Assembly (NCBI GenBank): GCA_014896305.1
Contig: JADBKQ010000012.1
Coordinates: forward strand, 62,128 to 126,127
Length of the DNA stretch: 64,000 nucleotides
Source of the DNA: Limnochordaceae bacterium
GTDB taxonomy: Bacteria > Bacillota > Limnochordia > Limnochordales > DUMU01
Reading direction: 5' to 3'
Part shown: positions 56,244 through 64,000 of the stretch, piece by piece
Layout of the letters: each line of letters opens with the position of its first letter
How positions within the stretch are numbered: position 1 is the stretch's first letter
Program-made: the position numbers and the translations under genes
Notes under the pieces: generated by a model
Told to the model about the DNA's origin: nothing
What the model saw: the letters and a program-made list of their open reading frames with translations, nothing else
Databases searched by the model: none

Positions 56244-57683
56244 ATAGACGGGGCTCCAGACCACTTATGGACGATTCTTGTAATTGCCGTCCTGGTAGCG
56301 ACGAATGCGTTCTTTGTCATGGCTTCGTTTGCCCTGGTCCGCGTGGGGGGAAGTCGCCGGGCCGAAGAGGGCGATGAGCCGGCGGGGGCGGAACGACTGG
56401 CCCGGAGGATCACCTCCCGGCTCGATGTGTACCTGCCCGCCGCACAGGTCGGAATATCCCTGGCCTCGTTGGGATTGGGGTGGCTGGGAACACCCGCCCT
56501 GGCCGCGGCAATTCGTTCGTTGCTAGCCTCAGGGTGGCAGCTTTCTGCTCGTTGGCTGAGCGTAGTGGCGGCAGGCATCGCCTTTGCGGTCGTCGCTTTC
56601 CTGCATGTGACCTTGGGTGAACTGGTGCCGCGCTCGGTGGCGACGCATCGCCCCGAGAGAACAGTGCGGAACACCGCCCGCCTGTTGCACACTTTCTACT
56701 GCATCGCCTTTCCTATCATTTGGCTGTTCCGTGCCGCCGCGGGGGCGGTCCTGCGACTCCTTCACCTGCAAGCCGCTCCCAGCGCTCACGTCCCCGCCTC
56801 CGACGAAGAGCTGCGCCTTCTGGTATCGACCAGCCATGAACAGGGCATGTTGGATGCGACCGAACGAGACCTTCTCGTCAACGTGTTCGATTTTAGCGAG
56901 CGGATTGCCAAGGAAGTGATGATCCCTCGCCAGGACATTGTCTGCATCTTTGTGGGCGATACCGTCCGTTCCATCGCTGAGACGGTGGCGCGGGTAGGAC
57001 ACACTCGTTATCCTCTTTGTGCCTCGGACAAAGACCACATTTTAGGGATCGTTCATGTGCGAGATCTGGTTCCCATCATCGGAGAAGCCGCTCGGACTCA
57101 GACGCTGGATCAGACTCCGGACCTGCGCCCCGTGTTACGAGAGGCGCTGCTGGTACCGGAAACCATGTCCGTCACCCAGGTACTGCGGGAATTGCAGCGT
57201 CGCCGCAGCCACATGGCCATCGTGGTCGACGAATACGGAGGAACTTCCGGCTTGCTCACCACGGAAGACATTGTGGAGGAGATTGTCGGGGAGATCTATG
57301 ACGAGTTCGACACGGAGCCGCCCAAGATCCAGGACCTCGGAAAAGGTTCCTACGAGCTAGACGGCGGTCTGTTGATCGAGGACGTGGAGCAGCTTTTGCA
57401 TGTGCCGTTGCGCGACCCCGATGTAGAGACGGTAGCCGGCCTCGTGTTCAACCGGTTGGGGCGAAAGCCCAAGCGAGGAGATTCCGTCTTGCTACAAGGG
57501 TTCCGCTTTCACGTGTTGGAGGTCCGCGGGCCTCGCATCGTGCGGTTGCGGGTCGATCCACTAGCGGTGAACTCGCCGACGTCATCGGTCGCCACGCCCT
57601 CCTCCGCCTCGTCGACGGTAGCCAGAGGAGTTCAGGCGGATCAAAGCGGATCGGATGGGACGCAGCGTCCGGAGCATTCTTGA
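56244..57683 (+). CDS. CNNM/CorB-type hemolysin-family protein (second copy); start codon unresolved
   Basis: DUF21 + CBS pair + CorC_HlyC (..LDVYLPAAQVGISLASLGLGW.., ..VDEYGGTSGLLTTEDIVEEIVGEI.., ..VAGLVFNRLGRKPKRGD). The first ATG (56319) falls inside predicted TM1 (LWTILVIAVLVATNAFFVMASFALV). The frame is open only back to the stop at 56223 and contains no ATG/GTG/TTG. ATA 56244 sits 5 nt after GGGGGGAG. Confidence 0.75.
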   Translation: MDGAPDHLWTILVIAVLVATNAFFVMASFALVRVGGSRRAEEGDEPAGAERLARRITSRLDVYLPAAQVGISLASLGLGWLGTPALAAAIRSLLASGWQLSARWLSVVAAGIAFAVVAFLHVTLGELVPRSVATHRPERTVRNTARLLHTFYCIAFPIIWLFRAAAGAVLRLLHLQAAPSAHVPASDEELRLLVSTSHEQGMLDATERDLLVNVFDFSERIAKEVMIPRQDIVCIFVGDTVRSIAETVARVGHTRYPLCASDKDHILGIVHVRDLVPIIGEAARTQTLDQTPDLRPVLREALLVPETMSVTQVLRELQRRRSHMAIVVDEYGGTSGLLTTEDIVEEIVGEIYDEFDTEPPKIQDLGKGSYELDGGLLIEDVEQLLHVPLRDPDVETVAGLVFNRLGRKPKRGDSVLLQGFRFHVLEVRGPRIVRLRVDPLAVNSPTSSVATPSSASSTVARGVQADQSGSDGTQRPEHS

Positions 57684-57863
57684 ACGCCTGGAGGAAGGTG
57701 GAAGATCCGCGTGTCCATGGCGGCCATGACCGGGGAGGTGGCCGGGACTGCGAACGGCCTCTTCGACCGCAGCAGGAAGCCATTCCCGTTCGTCGAATCC
57801 AATAGCGGGTTGTCCCGATCTCCTGTGAAAAGGAGTTTATGCTGATCAAAGAGGAGGATGCGG

Positions 57864-58889
57864 ATGATCAACGTGGGGGTGATTGGCGCAGGAACCATGG
57901 GTTCGACCCATGCCTACGCCTATGCCCAGCTACCCAACGCCAGGGTCGTGGGCGTTGCGGATATTGACGTGGAAAAAGCCCGGCGGGTCGTGGCACAATC
58001 GGGGGGCACGGCCTGGGCGACCGCTGAAGAGGCGATCGACAACCCTCAGGTGGATGTAGTGGACGTCTGCGTGCCGACGTTTCTGCACCGCCGGTACGTA
58101 GAGCAGGCGCTGGCTGCAGGCAAACATGTCTATTGTGAAAAGCCTCTGGCCCGCACTCTGGCGGACGGCTGGGCCATGGTACAGGCGGCCGAAAAGGCTG
58201 GACGGCAGCTGGGCGTGGGCCATGTGGTCCGTTTCTTTTCCAATTACAGGCAGGCCCGCGAGATGGTCCGGGAGGGCAAATTGGGGCAGATCGGCATCAT
58301 TCGTACCTCCCGGGGCGGCGGGGGGTTTCCCTATGCGTGGCAGGACTGGTACGCCAACTTCGAGTGGAGCGGCGGGATGATCCTGGACCTGCTCATTCAC
58401 GATTTTGACTGGCTGCGCTGGACGTTGGGGGAAGTGGAGCGGGTCTTTGCCCGCAGTACCCATGGCCGGGATTTCAACCGTGAGGAGTACGCGCTGGTGA
58501 CCTTGCGGTTTGCGAATGGGGCCATGGCCCACGTCGAGGGTACCTGGCTTCAAGCCGGTGGGTTTACTACCAGCTTCGAGATTTGTGGCAGCCAGGGAAT
58601 GCTCAGCTCGGACGCGGCCGAAACCCGGCCGCTGGTGCTGGTCACTCCTCCTTCACCGGCTGCACCGGGCGTGGCTGTGCCGGAAGTTCCCGGCGAGAGT
58701 CCCTACCTGGTAGAATTGCGGGCGTTCGTCGACGCCCTGGACGCCGGGCAGCCGGTGCCTGTGAATGGACGAGAGGGATACGAAGCGCTCAAAATTGCAT
58801 TGGCAGCGCTTCGCTCCGTGGAGACGGGGTTACCGGTCAATCCGGCGGAGCTGGAAGCAGAAGCCGGGTTGGCAGGGAAGGGGGAGTGA
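57864..58889 (+). CDS. Gfo/Idh/MocA family oxidoreductase
   Basis: MINVGVIGAGTMGSTHAYAY.., VDVCVPTFLHRRYVEQALAAGKHVYCEKPLA. AAAGAGGAGG lies 6 nt upstream of ATG 57864. Confidence 0.85.
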   Translation: MINVGVIGAGTMGSTHAYAYAQLPNARVVGVADIDVEKARRVVAQSGGTAWATAEEAIDNPQVDVVDVCVPTFLHRRYVEQALAAGKHVYCEKPLARTLADGWAMVQAAEKAGRQLGVGHVVRFFSNYRQAREMVREGKLGQIGIIRTSRGGGGFPYAWQDWYANFEWSGGMILDLLIHDFDWLRWTLGEVERVFARSTHGRDFNREEYALVTLRFANGAMAHVEGTWLQAGGFTTSFEICGSQGMLSSDAAETRPLVLVTPPSPAAPGVAVPEVPGESPYLVELRAFVDALDAGQPVPVNGREGYEALKIALAALRSVETGLPVNPAELEAEAGLAGKGE

Positions 58890-58894
58890 GGAGA

Positions 58895-59923
58895 ATGCAA
58901 ACCGACCGTTCGGTGGCCAAGCCGGCCCTGCGGCTGGGACTGCTGAGTCTCGCCCATGTGCACGCGCCGAGTTACGCGGCTTGCCTGGCCAGTCTGCCCG
59001 CTCAGGAGGCGCGGCTGGTGGGGATTTGGGACGACCAGGCGCAGCGGGGGCAGGCGGGAGCCCAACAGTATCATGCTGAGTATTTTTCCGACCTGGACCA
59101 GTTGCTCCAACAGGTGGACGCGGTCGTGATCGCCTCCACCAACCGGCAACACGAAGAGCTTGTGTTGGCTGCCATCCAGCACAAGGTAGCCGTGCTTTGC
59201 GAGAAACCGCTCTCCATTGACCAGACCTCGGCGGCCCGGATGGTGCAAGCGGCCCGCCAGGCGGGCGTCCCGCTGTTTACTGCCTTCCCGGTGCGCTTCA
59301 TGCCGGCGGTGGAACGGGCACGGGAGATCATCCGCAGTGGTAGGATTGGACGAGTCCTGGCCATCAATGGGACGAACCACGGGCAGATGCCGGGCGGGTG
59401 GTTCACCGACCCCAAGGAGTCAGGGGGCGGTTCGCTGATCGACCACACGGTGCATGTGGCTGATTTGATCCGTTGGTTTCTGGGGCGGGAGTTTACGCAG
59501 GTGTACGCGGAGTACGATCGCCGCCTGTATGACATTCCTACCGAGGACTGCGCTCTCCTGACGATGGAGATCGAGGGTGGTGTCTTTGCCACGCTGGACT
59601 CCAGCTGGAGCCGGCCGCGCTCCTTCCCCTTCTGGGGCGATGTCACCATGCAGATCCAGGGTACGGCGGGGGTAGTGCGCCTCAACGCCTTCGACGAGAC
59701 GATGACCTTCTACAATGATCAACAGATGCGTTCGGAATGGGTGTACACGGGGAGCAACGCAGACTTGCGCATGATTCAGGAGTTCGTGCGGGTCGTGCGG
59801 GATGGGGGTCCGACCCAGCTGGCCACCGGGGAGGACGGACTGCGGGCGGCGGAGGTCGCCTTCTTCGCCTATGAGGCTGGGCGTAGACACCGGCCGGTGG
59901 CTATCGCTCGGGTTGAAGTCTGA
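58895..59923 (+). CDS. Gfo/Idh/MocA family oxidoreductase
   Basis: LRLGLLSLAHVHAPSY.., AVVIASTNRQHEELVLAAIQHKVAVLCEKPLS. ATG 58895 lies 5 nt after the previous stop, with GGGGGAGTGAGGAG upstream. Confidence 0.8.
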   Translation: MQTDRSVAKPALRLGLLSLAHVHAPSYAACLASLPAQEARLVGIWDDQAQRGQAGAQQYHAEYFSDLDQLLQQVDAVVIASTNRQHEELVLAAIQHKVAVLCEKPLSIDQTSAARMVQAARQAGVPLFTAFPVRFMPAVERAREIIRSGRIGRVLAINGTNHGQMPGGWFTDPKESGGGSLIDHTVHVADLIRWFLGREFTQVYAEYDRRLYDIPTEDCALLTMEIEGGVFATLDSSWSRPRSFPFWGDVTMQIQGTAGVVRLNAFDETMTFYNDQQMRSEWVYTGSNADLRMIQEFVRVVRDGGPTQLATGEDGLRAAEVAFFAYEAGRRHRPVAIARVEV

Positions 59924-59951
59924 GCGGCGTACGAAAACCCAAATGACATCT

Positions 59952-59978
59952 GCCGGCTCCAGCTGGAGCCGGCTTTTT
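59952..59978 (+). terminator. rho-independent terminator
   Basis: GCCGGCTCC-AGCT-GGAGCCGGC (9-bp perfect stem) followed by TTTTT. Confidence 0.85.
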
Positions 59979-59985
59979 CACACCC

Positions 59986-60013
59986 TGGACAGGAAGGGTT
60001 CTTATAGTATACT
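59986..60013 (+). promoter_or_regulatory. candidate promoter TGGACA-16-TATACT for korAB
   Basis: The hexamers sit about 125 nt upstream of GTG 60138. The -10 region lies inside the 10-bp palindrome TAGTATACTA. Confidence 0.35.
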
Positions 60014-60137
60014 AAATACGAGGTTTACAAACTCACCGTACCCCGGTTTCCCGGCGGGCGCGCCCGAGTCGACCACGGGTCGGGTGGCCTGGGATGGCCC
60101 CGACGCCCCGCCAAAACAGGGGGAGGAGGAAGCGACT

Positions 60138-61997
60138 GTGAGCAATTCTGATCTCACCTTCCTGCTCGGGGGCGAGGCCGGCCAAGGGGTGGAATCCAGC
60201 GGAGCCGGTTTTGCCAAGGCATTGGCTCGGGGCGGCCTATCCGTATTGGGCACCCCGGACTACATGTCGCGGATCCGTGGAGGGCACAACTTCTTTTTGA
60301 TCCGCGCCGGCACGCAGCCGATCCATTCACCGGCAGAGAAGGTACACCTGCTTCTCGCGTTCGACGAAGAGACCTTGCAGCAGCATGCCGCGCAAGTGGT
60401 ACCGGGCGGCGGCATGATCTATGATGCCCGTTGGAAAGTGGACGAAGCCAAGTTACTGGACACTGGCGCTCAGCTGTTTCCAGTGCCGTTGGAGGAGATC
60501 GCGGAGACAGTGGGCGGCAACAAGCTGATGGCCAACACTGCCGCACTGGGAGCGGCGGCCGGCGTGGTGGGCTATGGCATCGAGTACCTGCACTCCGTGA
60601 TTGCGGACAACTTCCGCAGGAAGGGAGAGGCGGTGGTCGATGCCAACCGCCGGGTAGTGGAGGTGGCCTACGAGTATTCCGCTCAGCACTATGCTGACCG
60701 GTTTGAGTGGAAGCTGCCCGCCGTTTCCCCGCTGGGGCAGAGCCCCTGGGTACTGGCCAACGGCAACCAAGCGTTGGCCCTGGGGGCATTGGCGGCCGGC
60801 TGCCGGTTCATCTCAGCATATCCCATGACCCCGGCCTCCTCGATCTTTGAGTGGATGGTGGCCCACGGGGAGCAGTTCGGGGTGGTGACCAAGCAGACGG
60901 AGGACGAGATTGCGGCCATTGCCATGGCGATCGGAGCGGCCCACACCGGCGCCCGCGCCATGACGGCTACCTCTGGCGGCGGCTTTTCGCTCATGGTGGA
61001 ATCGCTGGGGTTGGCCGGCATGCTGGAAGAGCCGGTCGTGATCGTGGATGCCCAGCGCCCCGGCCCCTCCACGGGTATGCCGACCCGCACGGATCAGGCG
61101 GACCTGCTCTTTGTCATCCACGCCTCGCAGGGCGAGTTCCCTCGGATCGTCTTGGCTCCGGGAACGGTAGAGCAGGCTTTCGACATCGGGGCGCGCGCAT
61201 TCAACCTGGCCGAGAAATACCAGCTCCCGGTCATCATCCTGACCGATGCGTACCTGGCCAACACGGTGCAGACGGTGCCCAGGGCTGCTCTGAATCCATC
61301 TCAGGTCCAGGTCGACCGGGGCGAGCTGCTGGACGAGGAGCAGTTAGACAAGCTACAAGGACCCTACCTGCGCTACCGGTTGACCGACTCCGGGATCTCG
61401 CCCCGGGCGCTTCCGGGACATCCCCAGGCGGTCTATGTGTCCTCGTCGGATGAGCATACTCCGTCGGGGGCGTTCGAGGACGAGGATGCGCAAAACCGCA
61501 TTCAGATGAACGAGAAGCGACAGCGCAAGTTGGAGTCGGCTCGCCGGGCGATGCGGGCGCCGCAGCGCTATGGGGTTGAGCAGCCCGACTTCACGTTCCT
61601 GTGCTGGGGTTCCAGCGTGGGGGCGGTGCGCGAGGCGGTCGATGCGATCAACCGCGCGGGCGGTCGCGCGGCTCTGGTTCACCTGACGGATATGTGGCCC
61701 TTCCCTCAGCAGGCGGTGGCCGCGGCGCTGGCCAGGCCGGGGCGTCTCGTTCTGGTCGAGGGCAACCTTACTGGACAGTTGGGCCGGCTGTTGCGGGCCG
61801 AGACCGGCATCGTGCCCGACTATCAGATCCTGCGGGACGATGGTCGCCCCCTGTCCGCGGGTTACATCCTGCAAGCGTTGCGCCAGCTGACTGGACAGTC
61901 GCAGACGCCCCGCACGGACGGGAGGGATGGGGCGGTAGCGACCGACGGGACGGGCAGGAAGGAGGAGGAGTTCATTGTTGGACGCCAAGCTGTATAA
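60138..61997 (+). CDS. korA: 2-oxoacid:ferredoxin oxidoreductase subunit alpha
   Basis: GTG 60138 follows GGGAGGAGGAAG. It has LGGEAGQGVESSGAGFAKALARGG.., FISAYPMTPASSI.., TSGGGFSLM.., RPGPSTGMPTRTDQADL. Confidence 0.85.
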   Translation: MSNSDLTFLLGGEAGQGVESSGAGFAKALARGGLSVLGTPDYMSRIRGGHNFFLIRAGTQPIHSPAEKVHLLLAFDEETLQQHAAQVVPGGGMIYDARWKVDEAKLLDTGAQLFPVPLEEIAETVGGNKLMANTAALGAAAGVVGYGIEYLHSVIADNFRRKGEAVVDANRRVVEVAYEYSAQHYADRFEWKLPAVSPLGQSPWVLANGNQALALGALAAGCRFISAYPMTPASSIFEWMVAHGEQFGVVTKQTEDEIAAIAMAIGAAHTGARAMTATSGGGFSLMVESLGLAGMLEEPVVIVDAQRPGPSTGMPTRTDQADLLFVIHASQGEFPRIVLAPGTVEQAFDIGARAFNLAEKYQLPVIILTDAYLANTVQTVPRAALNPSQVQVDRGELLDEEQLDKLQGPYLRYRLTDSGISPRALPGHPQAVYVSSSDEHTPSGAFEDEDAQNRIQMNEKRQRKLESARRAMRAPQRYGVEQPDFTFLCWGSSVGAVREAVDAINRAGGRAALVHLTDMWPFPQQAVAAALARPGRLVLVEGNLTGQLGRLLRAETGIVPDYQILRDDGRPLSAGYILQALRQLTGQSQTPRTDGRDGAVATDGTGRKEEEFIVGRQAV

Positions 61998-62847
61998 GAG
62001 CGACACCAAACCGACCTGGTGTCCAGGGTGCGGTGACTATGGAATCCTGAACGCCGTTCGGCAGGCCTTGGTGGAGCTGGAGATCTATCCTCATGAAGTG
62101 ATGTTCGTGTCGGGGATCGGCTGCGGTAGCAAGCTGCCGGATTACATTCACGCCAACGGCATGACCACGCTGCACGGGCGGGCGTTGCCCATTGCCCAGG
62201 GGGTGAAGCTGGCCAATCCTCGCCTCCATGTCATTGCCGTTACGGGCGATGGGGATGGGTACGGCATCGGCGGCAACCACTTCCTTCATGCCGTGCGCCG
62301 GAACATTGGCATCACGCATATCGTGGAAAACAACATGGTCTACGGTCTTACGAAGGGTCAGTACTCTCCCACGAGCGCCCGCGGAACCGTTACCAAGACG
62401 ACGCCTGAGGGCGCGCCGGAGATTCCGGTGAACCCCCTCGCCTTGGCGTTGACCGGCGGGGCGACCTTCGTGGCCCGCGGCTTTGCCGGCGACCCGAAGT
62501 ATCTGGCGCAGATCATTGCCGCCGCGCTACAGCACCCCGGCTATGCGCTGGTCGACGTGCTCCAGCCCTGCGTGATCTTCAACCGGGTCAACACAGCCGC
62601 CTGGTACCGGGAGCGAGTCTACCACCTCGACGATGAACCAGGCTACGACCGGGCGGATTTGGCAGCTGCCCTGAAGAAGGCGTACGAGTGGGGCGACCGG
62701 ATTCCCACCGGGATCCTGTACGAGGTGCGAGAGCCGGCCTATGAGGAAACCCTCAGTGCATTGCGAAAGTTCGGCCCAGTCGCCACTCGCAAGCTGACGC
62801 CGCTGTCGCCCGAACAAAGCGGCCAACTGCTGGCCGAGCTAGCTTGA
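61975..62847 (+). CDS. korB: 2-oxoacid:ferredoxin oxidoreductase subunit beta (TPP-binding)
   Basis: PTWCPGCGDYGIL, SGIGCGS, GDGDGYGIGGNH, NNMVYGLTKGQ. TTG start (61975 or 61978) after GGAAGGAGGAGGAG. It overlaps the korA 3' end. Confidence 0.85.
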   Translation: MLDAKLYKSDTKPTWCPGCGDYGILNAVRQALVELEIYPHEVMFVSGIGCGSKLPDYIHANGMTTLHGRALPIAQGVKLANPRLHVIAVTGDGDGYGIGGNHFLHAVRRNIGITHIVENNMVYGLTKGQYSPTSARGTVTKTTPEGAPEIPVNPLALALTGGATFVARGFAGDPKYLAQIIAAALQHPGYALVDVLQPCVIFNRVNTAAWYRERVYHLDDEPGYDRADLAAALKKAYEWGDRIPTGILYEVREPAYEETLSALRKFGPVATRKLTPLSPEQSGQLLAELA

Positions 62848-62878
62848 TAGGGGGAGAGCAGGATAGTGTAGCGAGACC

Positions 62879-62916
62879 GGGGGACGTAGAGGGGCTGTAA
62901 CGTCCCCCGTTTTGTT
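62879..62916 (+). terminator. rho-independent terminator after korB
   Basis: GGGGGACGT / ACGTCCCCC 9-bp stem with a 12-nt loop, then GTTTTGTT. Confidence 0.75.
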
Positions 62917-63019
62917 GCCAGCCAGGCCAGATTCCCATAGAATGGGAGACAACGAGGCCGGGAGGCAGAACCCTGCCTGCGGGCTACCGCAGGCAGGTAG
63001 AGCTGGGGGCGTCGCAGCC

Positions 63020-63544
63020 GTGCAAAACGAGGAGCGACGACAACGATTGGTTCACCGGCTGCAGCTGGCCGGTAAACCGTTGACTGGCGGTGAACTGGCT
63101 GCCGCCTTCGGGGTGACGCGGCAGGTCATCGTACAGGACGTCGCCGTGTTGCGGGCGGGTGGACTGCCGGTGGTGGCCACTCCCCGGGGCTACCTCTGGA
63201 TTGGTGGCCAGATTGCCGCGCACCGCTTTCGGGACGTGCTGGCCGTACGGCACGGGCCGGATCTGACGCGTGCCGAACTGATGGCGTTGGTTCACAGTGG
63301 CTGCCGGGTGGTGGACGTGCTGGTGGAGCACCCGCTCTACGGGGAACTCCGGGGCGAGCTCCAGCTAGCCACGCCAGCCGACGTGGAGGACTTTTTGCAG
63401 CGCACGCAGGAAGGAAAGCAAGGTCTCCTGTCGTCGTTGACCGGGGGAGTCCACTATCACACCGTGGAGGCAGCGCAGGCTGAAGCGATCGGGCGAGCCC
63501 GAGAGTGCCTGCGGGAGCTGGGGATTTTGCTCGAAAACCCATGA
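63020..63544 (+). CDS. niaR: NiaR (HTH + 3H domain) transcriptional repressor of NAD synthesis
   Basis: RRQRLVHRLQLAGKPLTGGELAAAFGVTRQVIVQDVAVLRAGGLPVVATPRGY, with the 3H-domain His residues (..VRHGP.., ..VEHPLYGE.., ..GVHYHTV). The start is set to GTG 63020, because the longer ORF would begin inside the korB terminator. Confidence 0.75.
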   Translation: MQNEERRQRLVHRLQLAGKPLTGGELAAAFGVTRQVIVQDVAVLRAGGLPVVATPRGYLWIGGQIAAHRFRDVLAVRHGPDLTRAELMALVHSGCRVVDVLVEHPLYGELRGELQLATPADVEDFLQRTQEGKQGLLSSLTGGVHYHTVEAAQAEAIGRARECLRELGILLENP

Positions 63545-63599
63545 GCCATGAGCCAGTGAGATGAGAATAATGGGAACGGCAGGCAAAGGGAGTGGGCAG

Positions 63600-64000
63600 A
63601 TGCGGGTCATGCCGGTGGTGCCCCGGGGCTACTGTTACGGCGTGGTTGACGCAATTGGGCTGGCCAAGAAGGTGGCGGCAGACCCGCGATATCCGCGGCC
63701 GGTGCGGGTGTTGGGCCAGATCGTTCACAATCGACACATAGTGGAAGAGTTGTCCCGGCTGGGTGTAGAGACGCTCGATGGGGCCAACCGCTTGCAGCTC
63801 CTGGCTGACGTACACGACGGCACAGTGATCTTTACGGCGCACGGGGTTTCCCCGCAAGTACGGGAGGCAGCGAAGGAGCGGGGGTTGACCGTCGTCGATG
63901 CAACCTGCCCGGATGTGGAGAAAACCCATGCGCTGGTGCGCAAATTGGGGGCTGAAGGCTTCGCGATCTTGTACATCGGCAAGCGGGGACATCCGGAACC
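63600..64000 (+). CDS. ispH: 4-hydroxy-3-methylbut-2-enyl diphosphate reductase, N-terminal part (3' end outside window)
   Basis: My own translation from ATG 63600 gives MRVMPVVPRGYCYGVVDAIGLAKK..LGQIVHNRHIVEEL..IFTAHGVSPQV..VVDATCPDVEKTH. These are IspH signature segments, including the cluster Cys residues. Confidence 0.85.
   Translation, partial: MRVMPVVPRGYCYGVVDAIGLAKKVAADPRYPRPVRVLGQIVHNRHIVEELSRLGVETLDGANRLQLLADVHDGTVIFTAHGVSPQVREAAKERGLTVVDATCPDVEKTHALVRKLGAEGFAILYIGKRGHPE

Noticed and set aside
56267-56377. 36-codon Cys-rich ORF (MDDSCNCRPGSDECVLCHGFVCPG...) overlapping the 5' end of the second CNNM gene. It was considered as a possible upstream peptide or a frameshift partner supplying a start codon
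   Set aside because: It has no RBS. It is out of frame with the DUF21 helix, which is encoded continuously in the CNNM frame. The Cys richness follows from reading TGC/TGT out of frame in this sequence.
1-64000. Search by eye for CRISPR arrays, rRNA/tRNA genes, reverse transcriptases, integrases, toxin-antitoxin pairs or phage structural genes
   Set aside because: None was recognised. The only mobile-element trace is the transposase fragment at about 28085-28301. A computational scan (tRNAscan-SE, Infernal/Rfam, a CRISPR finder, defence-system HMMs) would be needed to exclude small or divergent elements.

Overview
This is a visibly GC-rich bacterial chromosomal segment with about 48 protein-coding genes. 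GTG/TTG starts and strong AGGAGG-type ribosome-binding sites are frequent. I found no rRNA, tRNA or CRISPR array. The content is mostly anaerobic central metabolism and envelope or transport functions. Redox genes: pflA-pflB divergent from adhE (2.8-9.2 kb), a trimeric HydABC-type [FeFe] hydrogenase operon (38.9-43.2 kb), and korAB 2-oxoacid:ferredoxin oxidoreductase (60.1-62.8 kb). Sugar-related genes: a GH2 / LacI / secreted GH5-like / solute-binding protein / CBM-like locus (19.2-27.7 kb), ribokinase, several Gfo/Idh/MocA oxidoreductases and a TIM-barrel isomerase. Cation homeostasis genes: two CNNM/CorB-type proteins, a YHS protein and an Nramp-related permease. Housekeeping genes include cca, a Mur-ligase paralog, niaR and ispH. 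The only clearly accessory or decayed patch is 27.7-29.6 kb, which holds a GH4 remnant, an IS256-family transposase fragment and an orphan N4/N6 DNA methyltransferase. The most interesting observations are listed here. (1) An Nramp-fold transporter lacks the canonical Asn/Met metal site and is translationally coupled to a soluble PRC-barrel/MgtE-N/CBS protein. (2) Rex-type TGTGA-N6-TCACA palindromes lie upstream of both adhE and the hydrogenase operon. (3) A small ECF-S-component-like membrane gene is coupled to hydA. (4) A secreted-protein operon of unknown function has an (A-B)x2 repeat architecture. (5) A predicted beta-barrel outer-membrane protein sits in an otherwise Firmicutes-like gene context. 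(6) There are several gene-integrity anomalies: a frameshifted GPH transporter and a CNNM gene with no canonical start codon. All functional calls rest on motif recognition by eye, and no database search was run.
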